This document shows positions 56,378 through 64,000 of a DNA stretch of 64,000 bases, piece by piece. The stretch covers positions 32,001-96,000 of the IMG/VR virus record IMGVR_UViG_643692013_000008; one strand, written 5' to 3'. A model generated the notes under the pieces. That model had not been told where the DNA came from. It saw only the letters and a program-made list of their open reading frames with translations, and searched no databases. Numbering within the stretch: position 1 is the first letter of the stretch; the number at the start of each line of letters is the position of its first letter. Position numbers and translations under genes: made by a program. Origin of the DNA: a virus (taxonomy: Duplodnaviria > Caudoviricetes).

Positions 56378-57390
56378 AGCTCGCCCAACTGACCGATTAC
56401 GGGATTCACCTCGCGCATGGCGCCGAGCTGCTGACTCCCGAGGTGCGCGCCCGCGTCGTCGCCGCGATGGACGCGGCCGGCCCGCTCGTCACGCAGCCGA
56501 ACAACGGCATCCCGCAGATGCTGACAAACTACTTCGACCCGCGCGTGATCGAGGTGCTGGTCGCGCCGATGAACGCCGAGTTGCTCTACCCGGTCGTGCA
56601 AAAGGGCGACTGGACGACGACGACGGCCACCTTCATGGCAGTCGAATCGACCGGTGAGACGGCCACCTATGGCGACTACAGCCAGAACGGCATGTCCGGC
56701 CACAACGTCAACTTCCCGCAGCGCCAGAACTACGGGTTCCAGACGAACACGCAGTGGGGCGACAAGCAGATGGCCGTGGCCGCCAAGGCGCGCCTGGACT
56801 ACGCCGGCCGCCAGCAGATCGCCTCGGCGCTGATCCTGCGCAAGAAGGAAAACGCCATCTTCCTGTTCGGCGTGTCGGGCCTGCAGAACTACGGCCTGAT
56901 GAACGACCCCGCGCTGGCCGCGCCGGTCGCGCCGACCACAGGCGCCACGACCAGCGCGACCACCTGGGCACTGAAGACGTCGGACGAGATCTACGCCGAC
57001 TTCGTCGCGCTCTGGACGCTGCTCATCACCGCCGGCAACGGCCTGATCAACACCAAGTCGCGCGTGAAGGTCGGCATCCCCAACATCGTCGAGCAGTATC
57101 TGACGAAGCAGAACACCTACGGCCAGGTGCTGCGCGACCGGCTGAAGCTGGCGTACCCGAACATGGAGATCGAGACGATCCCCGAGTTCGCCACGCAGAG
57201 CGGCAACCTCGTGCAGATGATCGCGCAGGACGTCGAGGGCCAGCCGACGGGCGAACTCGCCTACGCCGAGCGCATGCGCGCCCATGGCGTCGTGCGTCAC
57301 GCGTCGTCGTACTCGGAAAAGAAGTCGGGGCACGCGATGGGCGCCGTCATCTACTACCCGAACTTCATCGTCCAAATGCTGGGGGTCTGA
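56374..57390 (+). CDS. Major capsid protein (DUF2184-like)
   Basis: N.GIP..LT...DP, KGDW, YGDYS..G, FGV.GL.NYG..NDP. Confidence 0.85.
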   Translation: MKLAQLTDYGIHLAHGAELLTPEVRARVVAAMDAAGPLVTQPNNGIPQMLTNYFDPRVIEVLVAPMNAELLYPVVQKGDWTTTTATFMAVESTGETATYGDYSQNGMSGHNVNFPQRQNYGFQTNTQWGDKQMAVAAKARLDYAGRQQIASALILRKKENAIFLFGVSGLQNYGLMNDPALAAPVAPTTGATTSATTWALKTSDEIYADFVALWTLLITAGNGLINTKSRVKVGIPNIVEQYLTKQNTYGQVLRDRLKLAYPNMEIETIPEFATQSGNLVQMIAQDVEGQPTGELAYAERMRAHGVVRHASSYSEKKSGHAMGAVIYYPNFIVQMLGV

Positions 57391-57391
57391 G

Positions 57392-57799
57392 ATGGCTGAA
57401 GCGCAAGAGAAAGTTCTGAAGCCGGTCAAGGTGTACTGCAAACTGCCGCACGGCATCGCCTACCAGATGCCCGACGGCCGCACCGTCACGCTGGTGGGCT
57501 TCTATGGCGCGCGGCGCGCCGATGGCACACCGTCAGGCGTGCCGGGCACCGACACGTTCCTCGGCTTCGGCATGACCATGATCGAGGCCGAGGACTGGGC
57601 CAAGATCGTCGAGCTGCACGGCAAGTCGGCGGCCCACGTGAACGGCTTCGTTTTCGCGGAGAAGGACGACAAGTCGTCCGAGTCGAAGGCCCGCGAGATC
57701 GAGAACGAAAAGACCGGCTTCGAATCGTATGACCCGAACGCGGCCCGCGAGGACCGCACCGTCGACGGCACGAAGAACGGCGAAATTCAACGCCAGTGA
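57392..57799 (+). CDS. Hypothetical virion-associated protein
   Basis: V.CKLPHG, FG.T, TGFE..DP. Confidence 0.7.
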   Translation: MAEAQEKVLKPVKVYCKLPHGIAYQMPDGRTVTLVGFYGARRADGTPSGVPGTDTFLGFGMTMIEAEDWAKIVELHGKSAAHVNGFVFAEKDDKSSESKAREIENEKTGFESYDPNAAREDRTVDGTKNGEIQRQ

Positions 57800-58215
57800 G
57801 CACGCCGCCCGGAGTCGTCCTCTTCGATCCAGCCGCCTTCAAGGCGGCTTTTTCTGCTTTCGCGAACGTCGACGACGGAGTGCTGGCCGGCTACTTCGCG
57901 ATGGCCGAAATGTTCCTGAACAACTCGCCGGCGTCCGCAGTCCAGAACCTCGCGATGCGTGCACAGCTGCTCAACCTGATCACGGCGCACCTCGCGTTTC
58001 TCATGGGCCGGGCGGCGGCCGGCGACGGCTCCCAGGCTGCGATCGTCGGCCAGATGGTCTCGGCCGCCGAAGGTTCGGTCAACGCATCGTTCGCGCAGTC
58101 GCAATCGCAGAGCGCGGCATTCTGGGCGCAGAGCCAGTACGGCATCACGTTCTGGCAGATGGCGCTGCCCTTCCGCACCTTCCGCTACATGGCGGCCCCG
58201 TATGTGTGCCGCTAA
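57796..58215 (+). CDS. Head-tail adaptor (DUF4054-like)
   Basis: FD..AF.A.F..F, L.L.TAHLA, SA.EGSV, Q..YG..FW. Confidence 0.8.
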   Translation: MSTPPGVVLFDPAAFKAAFSAFANVDDGVLAGYFAMAEMFLNNSPASAVQNLAMRAQLLNLITAHLAFLMGRAAAGDGSQAAIVGQMVSAAEGSVNASFAQSQSQSAAFWAQSQYGITFWQMALPFRTFRYMAAPYVCR

Positions 58216-58699
58216 GGTTGCCGGCGGCGCCAAGCTCGACGCCGCGCTCGCGCGCTATCTCGACGGCTCGACGAAGACGATGCGCGCCGGCCTGCTGGAA
58301 GGTTCGACCGAGCCCGACGGCACGCCGACTGCGTTGGTCGGCTTCTGGAACGAGTACGGCACGACGCGCACCACCGACACCGGCGCCGTCGAGCACGTGC
58401 CGCCCCGCCCCTTCATGCGCACCACCTCGATCGACAAGGCCGCGCGCTGGGCGAAGATCGTCGGCGCGATGCTCCAGCGCAACGGCGGCGACTTCGATGC
58501 GGCGCTGCGCGCAGCCGGCGAGGCCGCGGTGACCGACATCCAAAAGACGATCGGCGACTGGAGCAATCCGCCGAACGCGCCCTCCACGATCGCGAAAAAG
58601 GGCTTCGACGGCCCGCTGCGCGGCTCGGCCGCCGCGCCGATGCAGCACGCGGTCGCCTACGACATCGTCGACGGACCTGTCACCGATGAATCTGCATAA
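58202..58699 (+). CDS. Neck/tail completion protein
   Basis: NEYGT, PPRPFMR, PPNAPSTI.KKG. Confidence 0.75.
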   Translation: MCAAKVAGGAKLDAALARYLDGSTKTMRAGLLEGSTEPDGTPTALVGFWNEYGTTRTTDTGAVEHVPPRPFMRTTSIDKAARWAKIVGAMLQRNGGDFDAALRAAGEAAVTDIQKTIGDWSNPPNAPSTIAKKGFDGPLRGSAAAPMQHAVAYDIVDGPVTDESA

Positions 58700-59093
58700 T
58701 CTCGTCGCCGGCGTGATCGGCGCCGTCAATCCCCACGTCCCAGTCACGCTGCAGCAGCAGAACGCTGGCTACACGACGGCGCCTGATGGCGGCCGCACGC
58801 CGCTCTACACGGCCTCGCCGCAGATCGCTCAGGTGCAGGCGCTGTCCGCGCGCGAGATCGCGCACCTTGACGGCCTGAACATCCAGGGCGTGCTGCGCAA
58901 GGCATACCTGACCGGCAACTGGCAAGGCGTCTACCGGCCCGGCAACCAAGGCGGCGACCTGCTGGTGTTCGGCAGCACGGCTGACGTGCCGGCCAACCTG
59001 CAGGGCACCACGTGGCGCGTCGTGCAGGTGCTCGAGACGTGGGCCGACTGGTGCGCGCTGGCCGTGCAACTGCAGAACGTCTCGGCGAACTGA
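58686..59093 (+). CDS. Head-closure/virion structural protein
   Basis: MNLH....I..VNP, QVQ.LS, GGDL, VLE.W.DW. Confidence 0.7.
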   Translation: MNLHNLVAGVIGAVNPHVPVTLQQQNAGYTTAPDGGRTPLYTASPQIAQVQALSAREIAHLDGLNIQGVLRKAYLTGNWQGVYRPGNQGGDLLVFGSTADVPANLQGTTWRVVQVLETWADWCALAVQLQNVSAN

Positions 59094-59095
59094 CG

Positions 59096-59653
59096 ATGGC
59101 CGTCACCATCTCCCTCACTGAATCGGACGTCTACGCGGCGCTGCGCATCTTCCTGCTCGGCGTGCTGCCCACCGGCGTCGAGGTCGTGAAGGCTCAGGAC
59201 AACGGCGTCGGCGAGCCGGTCGGCGCGGACTTCGTCACGATCAACTCGATCGCCGCGCCGCGGCTCGCGACGAACGTCGTCACCTATGACGACCCGGTGG
59301 GCGCCGGCGGCAGCGGGCCCGGCACGCGCAGCGCCATGCAGGCAATCCAGATGCGCCTGCAGCTCGACGTCCACGGCCCGAACTCGGCCGACAACGCGGC
59401 GATCATCTCGACGCTGTTTCGCGACGAATACGCATGCGTTGCAATCGGCACCGTCAATTCAAATATTCAACCGTTGTATTGCGAAAATCCCCGTCAAATG
59501 CCGTTTATTAACGGGGAAAACCAATATGAGCAGCGTTGGATAATTGAACTGGCTCTGCAATACAATCCAATCACGCAATCGCCGCAGGATTTTTTCGACG
59601 AAATCACACCAGAAATCGTCAATGTCGACGCGGCATATCCTCCCGGAGCTTAA
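59096..59653 (+). CDS. Tail terminator/neck protein
   Basis: QLDVHG, PLY...PRQ..FING..QYE.RW...LQYN. Confidence 0.7.
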   Translation: MAVTISLTESDVYAALRIFLLGVLPTGVEVVKAQDNGVGEPVGADFVTINSIAAPRLATNVVTYDDPVGAGGSGPGTRSAMQAIQMRLQLDVHGPNSADNAAIISTLFRDEYACVAIGTVNSNIQPLYCENPRQMPFINGENQYEQRWIIELALQYNPITQSPQDFFDEITPEIVNVDAAYPPGA

Positions 59654-59656
59654 GTC

Positions 59657-61153
59657 ATGTCGATCCCGGCATCCGTCATCGCGTCAGCAACCCCGAGCGT
59701 CATCAGCGCGGGCGGCACAGCGCTCGATCTCGTCGGGATTATCCTGACGACCAATACCCGAGTTCCTATCGGCTCGGTTCCGAGTTTCCCCAATCAGGCC
59801 GCCGTCGCCAATTATTTCGGTCCGACGTCAACGGAAGCCGCGCTTGCTTCGAAATATTTCGGCGGATTCGATAATTCCGACGTAAAGCCGGGCGCGCTGC
59901 GTTTCTCGCAATATCCGACAGCATCGGTCGGCGCGTATCTGCGCGGCGGTTCGCTGGCCGGCATGACGCTGCAGCAGCTTCAGGCGCTGACCGGCACGCT
60001 CACCGTGACGGTGGACGGCGTCGCGAAGACCTCGAGCACGATCAACCTGTCGGCGGCCACCAGTTTTTCGAACGCAGCGACGATCATCGCCGCGGCATTC
60101 ACGAGCGGGCCGACCGTCGCCTACGACAGCCAGTCGTCGGCGTTCATCATCGGCTCGACCACCACCGGCACCTCGTCGACGCTCGGCTTCGCGACCGGCA
60201 CGCTTGCCGCGCCGCTGCTGCTGACCTCGGCCACCGGCGCCGTCACGTCGCAGGGCGCGGCCGCGACGACACCGGCCGCCGCCATGACCGCGATCGTGGC
60301 GCTGACCACGAACTGGGTGTCGTTCATGACGGCATTCGATCCGGACAACGGGACGGGCAACGCGAACAAGCTCGCGTTCTCGCAGTGGACGTCGGCGCAG
60401 GGCAATCGTTACCTCTACGCGGCCTGGGATACCGATGCTGCGCCGGCGGCCAGCAACGCCGCAACATCGTCGCTGGGCGCGCTGGTCAAGCAAGGTTCGC
60501 TCAGCGGTGTCGTCCCGATCTGGGGACCGGCCGACAAGGCAGCGTTCCTGATGGGCGCGATCGCGTCGATCAATTTCTCGGCGACGAACGGCCGTATCAC
60601 GCTCGACCTCAAGGGCCAGTCGGGGCTGATGGCCGACGTCACCGATGCCACCACCTACGCGAACCTGATCGCCAACGGCTACAACATGTACGCCGACTTC
60701 GCGACGGCGAACGACGAGTTCAGATTCTTCACGCCTGGCAGCATCGGCGGCCAATACGACTGGATCGACTCCTACGTCAACCAGATCTGGCTGAACAACG
60801 CGTTCCAGCTCGCGATCATGAACGGCTTCACGCAGTCGAAATCGGTGCCGTACAACGCGGGCGGCGACGCGCTCATCGAAGCGTGGCTCGGCGACCCGAT
60901 CACGGCGGCCGCGAACTTCGGCGCCATCCAGTCGGGCGTCACCCTGTCCGCCGCGCAGGCCGCCGAGGTCAACCAGGCCGCCGCCCGCAAGATCGACAGC
61001 GTGCTCTCCTCCCGCGGCTGGTATCTGCAAGTGCTCGCCTCGCAGGCCACCGCGCAGACGCGCGCGGCCCGCACGTCGCCGCCGTGCTCGTTCTGGTACA
61101 TGGACGGCGGCTCGGTTCAACAGCTCAACCTCGCCTCGGTGATGGTCCAGTAA
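59657..61153 (+). CDS. Tail sheath protein (DUF3383-like)
   Basis: MSIPAS.I...PSV...GG, WID.YVNQIWL, FWY.DGGS.Q. Confidence 0.88.
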   Translation: MSIPASVIASATPSVISAGGTALDLVGIILTTNTRVPIGSVPSFPNQAAVANYFGPTSTEAALASKYFGGFDNSDVKPGALRFSQYPTASVGAYLRGGSLAGMTLQQLQALTGTLTVTVDGVAKTSSTINLSAATSFSNAATIIAAAFTSGPTVAYDSQSSAFIIGSTTTGTSSTLGFATGTLAAPLLLTSATGAVTSQGAAATTPAAAMTAIVALTTNWVSFMTAFDPDNGTGNANKLAFSQWTSAQGNRYLYAAWDTDAAPAASNAATSSLGALVKQGSLSGVVPIWGPADKAAFLMGAIASINFSATNGRITLDLKGQSGLMADVTDATTYANLIANGYNMYADFATANDEFRFFTPGSIGGQYDWIDSYVNQIWLNNAFQLAIMNGFTQSKSVPYNAGGDALIEAWLGDPITAAANFGAIQSGVTLSAAQAAEVNQAAARKIDSVLSSRGWYLQVLASQATAQTRAARTSPPCSFWYMDGGSVQQLNLASVMVQ

Positions 61154-61163
61154 GGGAGCAATC

Positions 61164-61598
61164 ATGTCAGGAACGATTACCAGCGCGAACAGCGTGATCA
61201 TGCTCGGTGTGAGCACGATTTTCCCGATCGCGCAGCAGATCCAGGGCTACACGGCCGACGACATCTTCGATACCGACGACGTCGACATGGCTGAGGTCGT
61301 CATGGGCCTGGACGGCAAGCAGTCGGCCGGCTGGGTGCCGTACAACGTGAAGTGGCGCATCTCCCTGATGCCGAACTCCGACGCGATCCTCATCTTCGAC
61401 GCGGTGATCACCGCCGAGCGCGTCGCGCAGGACAAGTTCACCTGGAACGGCGTGGTGACGCTGAAGGGCCCTGGCACCAAGTACACGATGAGCAACGGTG
61501 TGCTGACGCGCGGCAAGATCATGCCCGACGCCAAGAAGACCCTGCAGCCGCAGACCTACGAAATCACCTGGGAGTCGGTGCTTCCGTCGCCGATGTGA
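61164..61598 (+). CDS. Tail tube protein
   Basis: TITSAN, MG.DGK.SAG; follows the sheath. Confidence 0.8.
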   Translation: MSGTITSANSVIMLGVSTIFPIAQQIQGYTADDIFDTDDVDMAEVVMGLDGKQSAGWVPYNVKWRISLMPNSDAILIFDAVITAERVAQDKFTWNGVVTLKGPGTKYTMSNGVLTRGKIMPDAKKTLQPQTYEITWESVLPSPM

Positions 61599-61599
61599 C

Positions 61600-62037
61600 A
61601 TGCCGAGAAAAACCGCCACCTTCATTGCTACCGACGGCCGCGACGCCGGCAAGCGCTTCCTGATCACCGAAATGTCGGCGGCCCGCTCCGAGGAGTGGGC
61701 CGCGCGCGCTTTGTTCGCCGTCATGAGCAGCGGCGTCGAGGTGCCCGAGGACGTGCTCGGCGCTGGCCTGGCCGGCGTGGCCGCGCTCGGTATCCAGTCG
61801 CTCGGCCGCGTGCCGTTCGAGATCGCGAAACCCCTGTTCGACGAAATGATGACCTGCGTGCAGTTCGCCTACGGCGATGGCGGCGGCGCGGCGCGGCAGC
61901 TGATCGACGACGACACCGAGGAAGTGGCGACGCGCCTGCGGCTGAGAAAGGTCGTGCTCGACCTTCACCTCGAGGGTTTTCTCGGCGCCGCCCAATCCGC
62001 GCAGGCCACTGGGGCGGCGCCAACACCGGGCGCCTGA
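61600..62037 (+). CDS. Tail assembly chaperone
   Basis: GRD.GK.F.ITEM; between tube and tape measure. Confidence 0.75.
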   Translation: MPRKTATFIATDGRDAGKRFLITEMSAARSEEWAARALFAVMSSGVEVPEDVLGAGLAGVAALGIQSLGRVPFEIAKPLFDEMMTCVQFAYGDGGGAARQLIDDDTEEVATRLRLRKVVLDLHLEGFLGAAQSAQATGAAPTPGA

Positions 62038-62204
62038 TCGACTATCCGAACGTGCCGCGCGCGATCGGCGCGGTCGTTTCCCGCCGGCTCGCCACCCCGG
62101 CGGAGCTGAACACCGTCTACGGCCAGGATGACCTGCATGACCTGCTCGAAATAATCGCCGTCGACAGCTACAACGAGCGCGTCGCGGCAGAACGGAGGAA
62201 CTGA
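61974..62204 (+). other. -1 programmed frameshift site GGGTTTT and the extended chaperone frame
   Basis: G GGT TTT in frame at 61974-61980; the -1 frame is open to 62204 (..LATPAELNTVY..DL.DLLEI..VD.YN). Confidence 0.7.
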
Positions 62205-62206
62205 CC

Positions 62207-64000
62207 GTGGCAACCATCGTCGACGCGCTCGTCGTCACTCTCGGCCTCGACGCGGCCGCTTTCAAGCGCAGCAAGGCCGAGGCCAGCCAGGCCACCAAGA
62301 AGCTCACCGCGGAGGAGCTGGCCGCGGCCAAGAAGATCGAGGCGAACAACAAGATCGCCGCCGAATCGTTCAAGCGCGTGCGCACCGAAGTCTTGGCGCT
62401 CGTCGGCCTGTTCACCGCCGGCCTCGGCTTGACCGCCTTCACCGTCAACACCATCAAGACCGCAGCCGCGCTCGACCGCATGTCGAACAACCTCGGCATG
62501 AGCGCGCGCGACCTCGCGTCGTGGCAGCTCGCCGCGCGCAACGCCGGCAGCAGCGCGGAGGGCATCACTGCAGCGTTGGCGGAGTCGCAGAACGAGATCG
62601 CCCGGATGCGCTTCACCGGACCATCGGAGGGCATGCAATGGTTCTTCCGTCTGGGCGGAAAAACCGAAGACCTGAAGGACGGCAACACCTACCTGCTCGC
62701 GCGCTCGCGCATCATCGCGAACATGTTCAAGGTGGACCCGGGCCGGGCGCGCTTCATCGCGCAGCAAATGGGGATCAGCGACGACGCGTTCAACCTGCTC
62801 AAGCAAGGCCCGGAGGCCGTCCAGCGCTACCGCGACCAGCAGGCCGCCCTGGCCGATGAGATGGCGCGCGCCGCGCCGCCGGCCGAAGCCCTGCGCAAGC
62901 AGTTCGACCTGCTTGAGACGAAGCTCCAGAGCGTGGGCGTCGCGGTGCTCACCGATCTCATGCCGATGTTCGAACGTCTGCTACGCCAGCTCGACAGCAT
63001 GGCTACGTGGGTATCGGATCACAAAGAGGACATCAATCAGTGGGTCGACAATGCCGTCAAGGCCGTCGGACGCTTCATCGAATGGGCGGACAGGGCAGCT
63101 GATTCGGTGGGCGGATGGAAAAACGTGCTGGCAGGGTTGCTCGCACTGAAGATTCTCTCGATCGTCGCGCCACTCCTCCAACTTGGCGCCGCATTAGCTG
63201 GTGTCGGCGCCGGACTCGGGTTGATCGGACGCGTCGGCGTAGCCGGCGTCGCGGTGATGGCGGCTCTCTGGGCCGCAAAGAAGCTGGGGCTGCCCGACGT
63301 CGACGCGCAGAAGGGCATCGACGACGTGCGCCGCGGAGACTTCCTTGCAGCCTCCACCCATTTGCCGGCCATGGACCTGATTCGAGCCTTTGCGGCGCGA
63401 ATGGGCGGCAAGTCGAACGAGGACATCGCGAAGGATCTCGAATCGAGTCTCGGTGCGTCGAAATCCGGTGACGACGGTTTCGCCCAGCAGATCGCCGCCC
63501 TGCTCTCGGGAACCGCCAACGCGGCAGAGCCTAGCGAGAACGGCATCCCCGCCGATCTCGCGCGCAAGGCTGGGCCGGCGGCCGTGGCTGCTGCGCTGCG
63601 CACTCAGCAGCTCTACGGCGTGCCCGCTGCTGTGACGCTCGCGCAGTACGGCTTGGAGAGCGGTTTCGGCTCGAAGATGCCGCCCGGCAGCAACAACCCC
63701 TTCGGCATCCACGCGCGTGCTGGTCAGGCATCAGTTATGGGCTATGACTGGGACGCCTCCGGCAACCGCGTGCCGACGAAATTCGCGAAGTACGCGTCCA
63801 TCGATGAGGCATTCGAGGCGCACGGCAAGCTTCTGGCAACCGGCTCGGCCTACGCGGCCGCCCGCCGCAACCAGGGCGACCCACTCGCCTATGCGATGGC
63901 GCTTACCGGCACATACGCTACCGATCCGCAGTACGGCCAAAAGCTCGCCGCGATGATGGGCATGGGAGGCGCCAACGCCTACCAGATCGCGCAGCAGACC
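62207..64000 (+). CDS. Tape measure protein with GH73 glucosaminidase-like domain (3' truncated by window)
   Basis: GTG start with GGAGG; ATIVDALVVTLGLD; AQYGLESGFG..NNPFGI..FAKY.S..YATDPQY. Confidence 0.85.
   Translation, partial: MATIVDALVVTLGLDAAAFKRSKAEASQATKKLTAEELAAAKKIEANNKIAAESFKRVRTEVLALVGLFTAGLGLTAFTVNTIKTAAALDRMSNNLGMSARDLASWQLAARNAGSSAEGITAALAESQNEIARMRFTGPSEGMQWFFRLGGKTEDLKDGNTYLLARSRIIANMFKVDPGRARFIAQQMGISDDAFNLLKQGPEAVQRYRDQQAALADEMARAAPPAEALRKQFDLLETKLQSVGVAVLTDLMPMFERLLRQLDSMATWVSDHKEDINQWVDNAVKAVGRFIEWADRAADSVGGWKNVLAGLLALKILSIVAPLLQLGAALAGVGAGLGLIGRVGVAGVAVMAALWAAKKLGLPDVDAQKGIDDVRRGDFLAASTHLPAMDLIRAFAARMGGKSNEDIAKDLESSLGASKSGDDGFAQQIAALLSGTANAAEPSENGIPADLARKAGPAAVAAALRTQQLYGVPAAVTLAQYGLESGFGSKMPPGSNNPFGIHARAGQASVMGYDWDASGNRVPTKFAKYASIDEAFEAHGKLLATGSAYAAARRNQGDPLAYAMALTGTYATDPQYGQKLAAMMGMGGANAYQIAQQT

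Larger units (their letters stand above)
29101..64000. mobile_element. Prophage B (lambdoid early region plus Bcep781/BcepB1A-like myovirus head-tail operon; continues right of window)
   Basis: int-xis, S24 cI/cro, replication genes, RusA, terminase, portal, capsid, sheath, tube, tape measure. Confidence 0.95.

Overview
High-GC, Burkholderia-like DNA made up entirely of two lambdoid-type temperate prophages joined head-to-head at a 47-bp 3' remnant of tRNA-Pro(GGG) (29054-29100, minus strand). Prophage A (1-~29050) shows, left to right: the start of its late operon, a pR'/tR'-like promoter and terminator with a Q-like gene, a nin-like region, RuvC-like and DnaB genes, ParB-like/PAPS-reductase/Mom-like genes, an initiator, cro/cI, a long pL operon (KTSC, ERF, YqaJ, a repeat-containing C5 methyltransferase, DUF5131), xis and int. 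Prophage B (~29100-end) shows int/xis, a pL operon (two methyltransferases, RecE-like nuclease), an S24-type cI and cro, replication genes, RusA, terminase and a Bcep781/BcepB1A-like contractile-tail morphogenesis operon that runs off the window inside the tape-measure gene. Main observations: (1) the two phages carry large 'cassette' proteins that share an ordered set of near-identical 17-28 bp linkers separating unrelated modules; (2) a C5 methyltransferase appears split over two overlapping reading frames; (3) a LexA-box-preceded candidate antirepressor sits next to a peptidase-less repressor; (4) a 30-aa peptide gene is nested in a long inverted repeat in the pL leader; (5) a covarying two-hairpin RNA motif and a recurrent antisense-moron promoter module each occur three times. 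All product calls come from motif recognition by eye; no database search was run.
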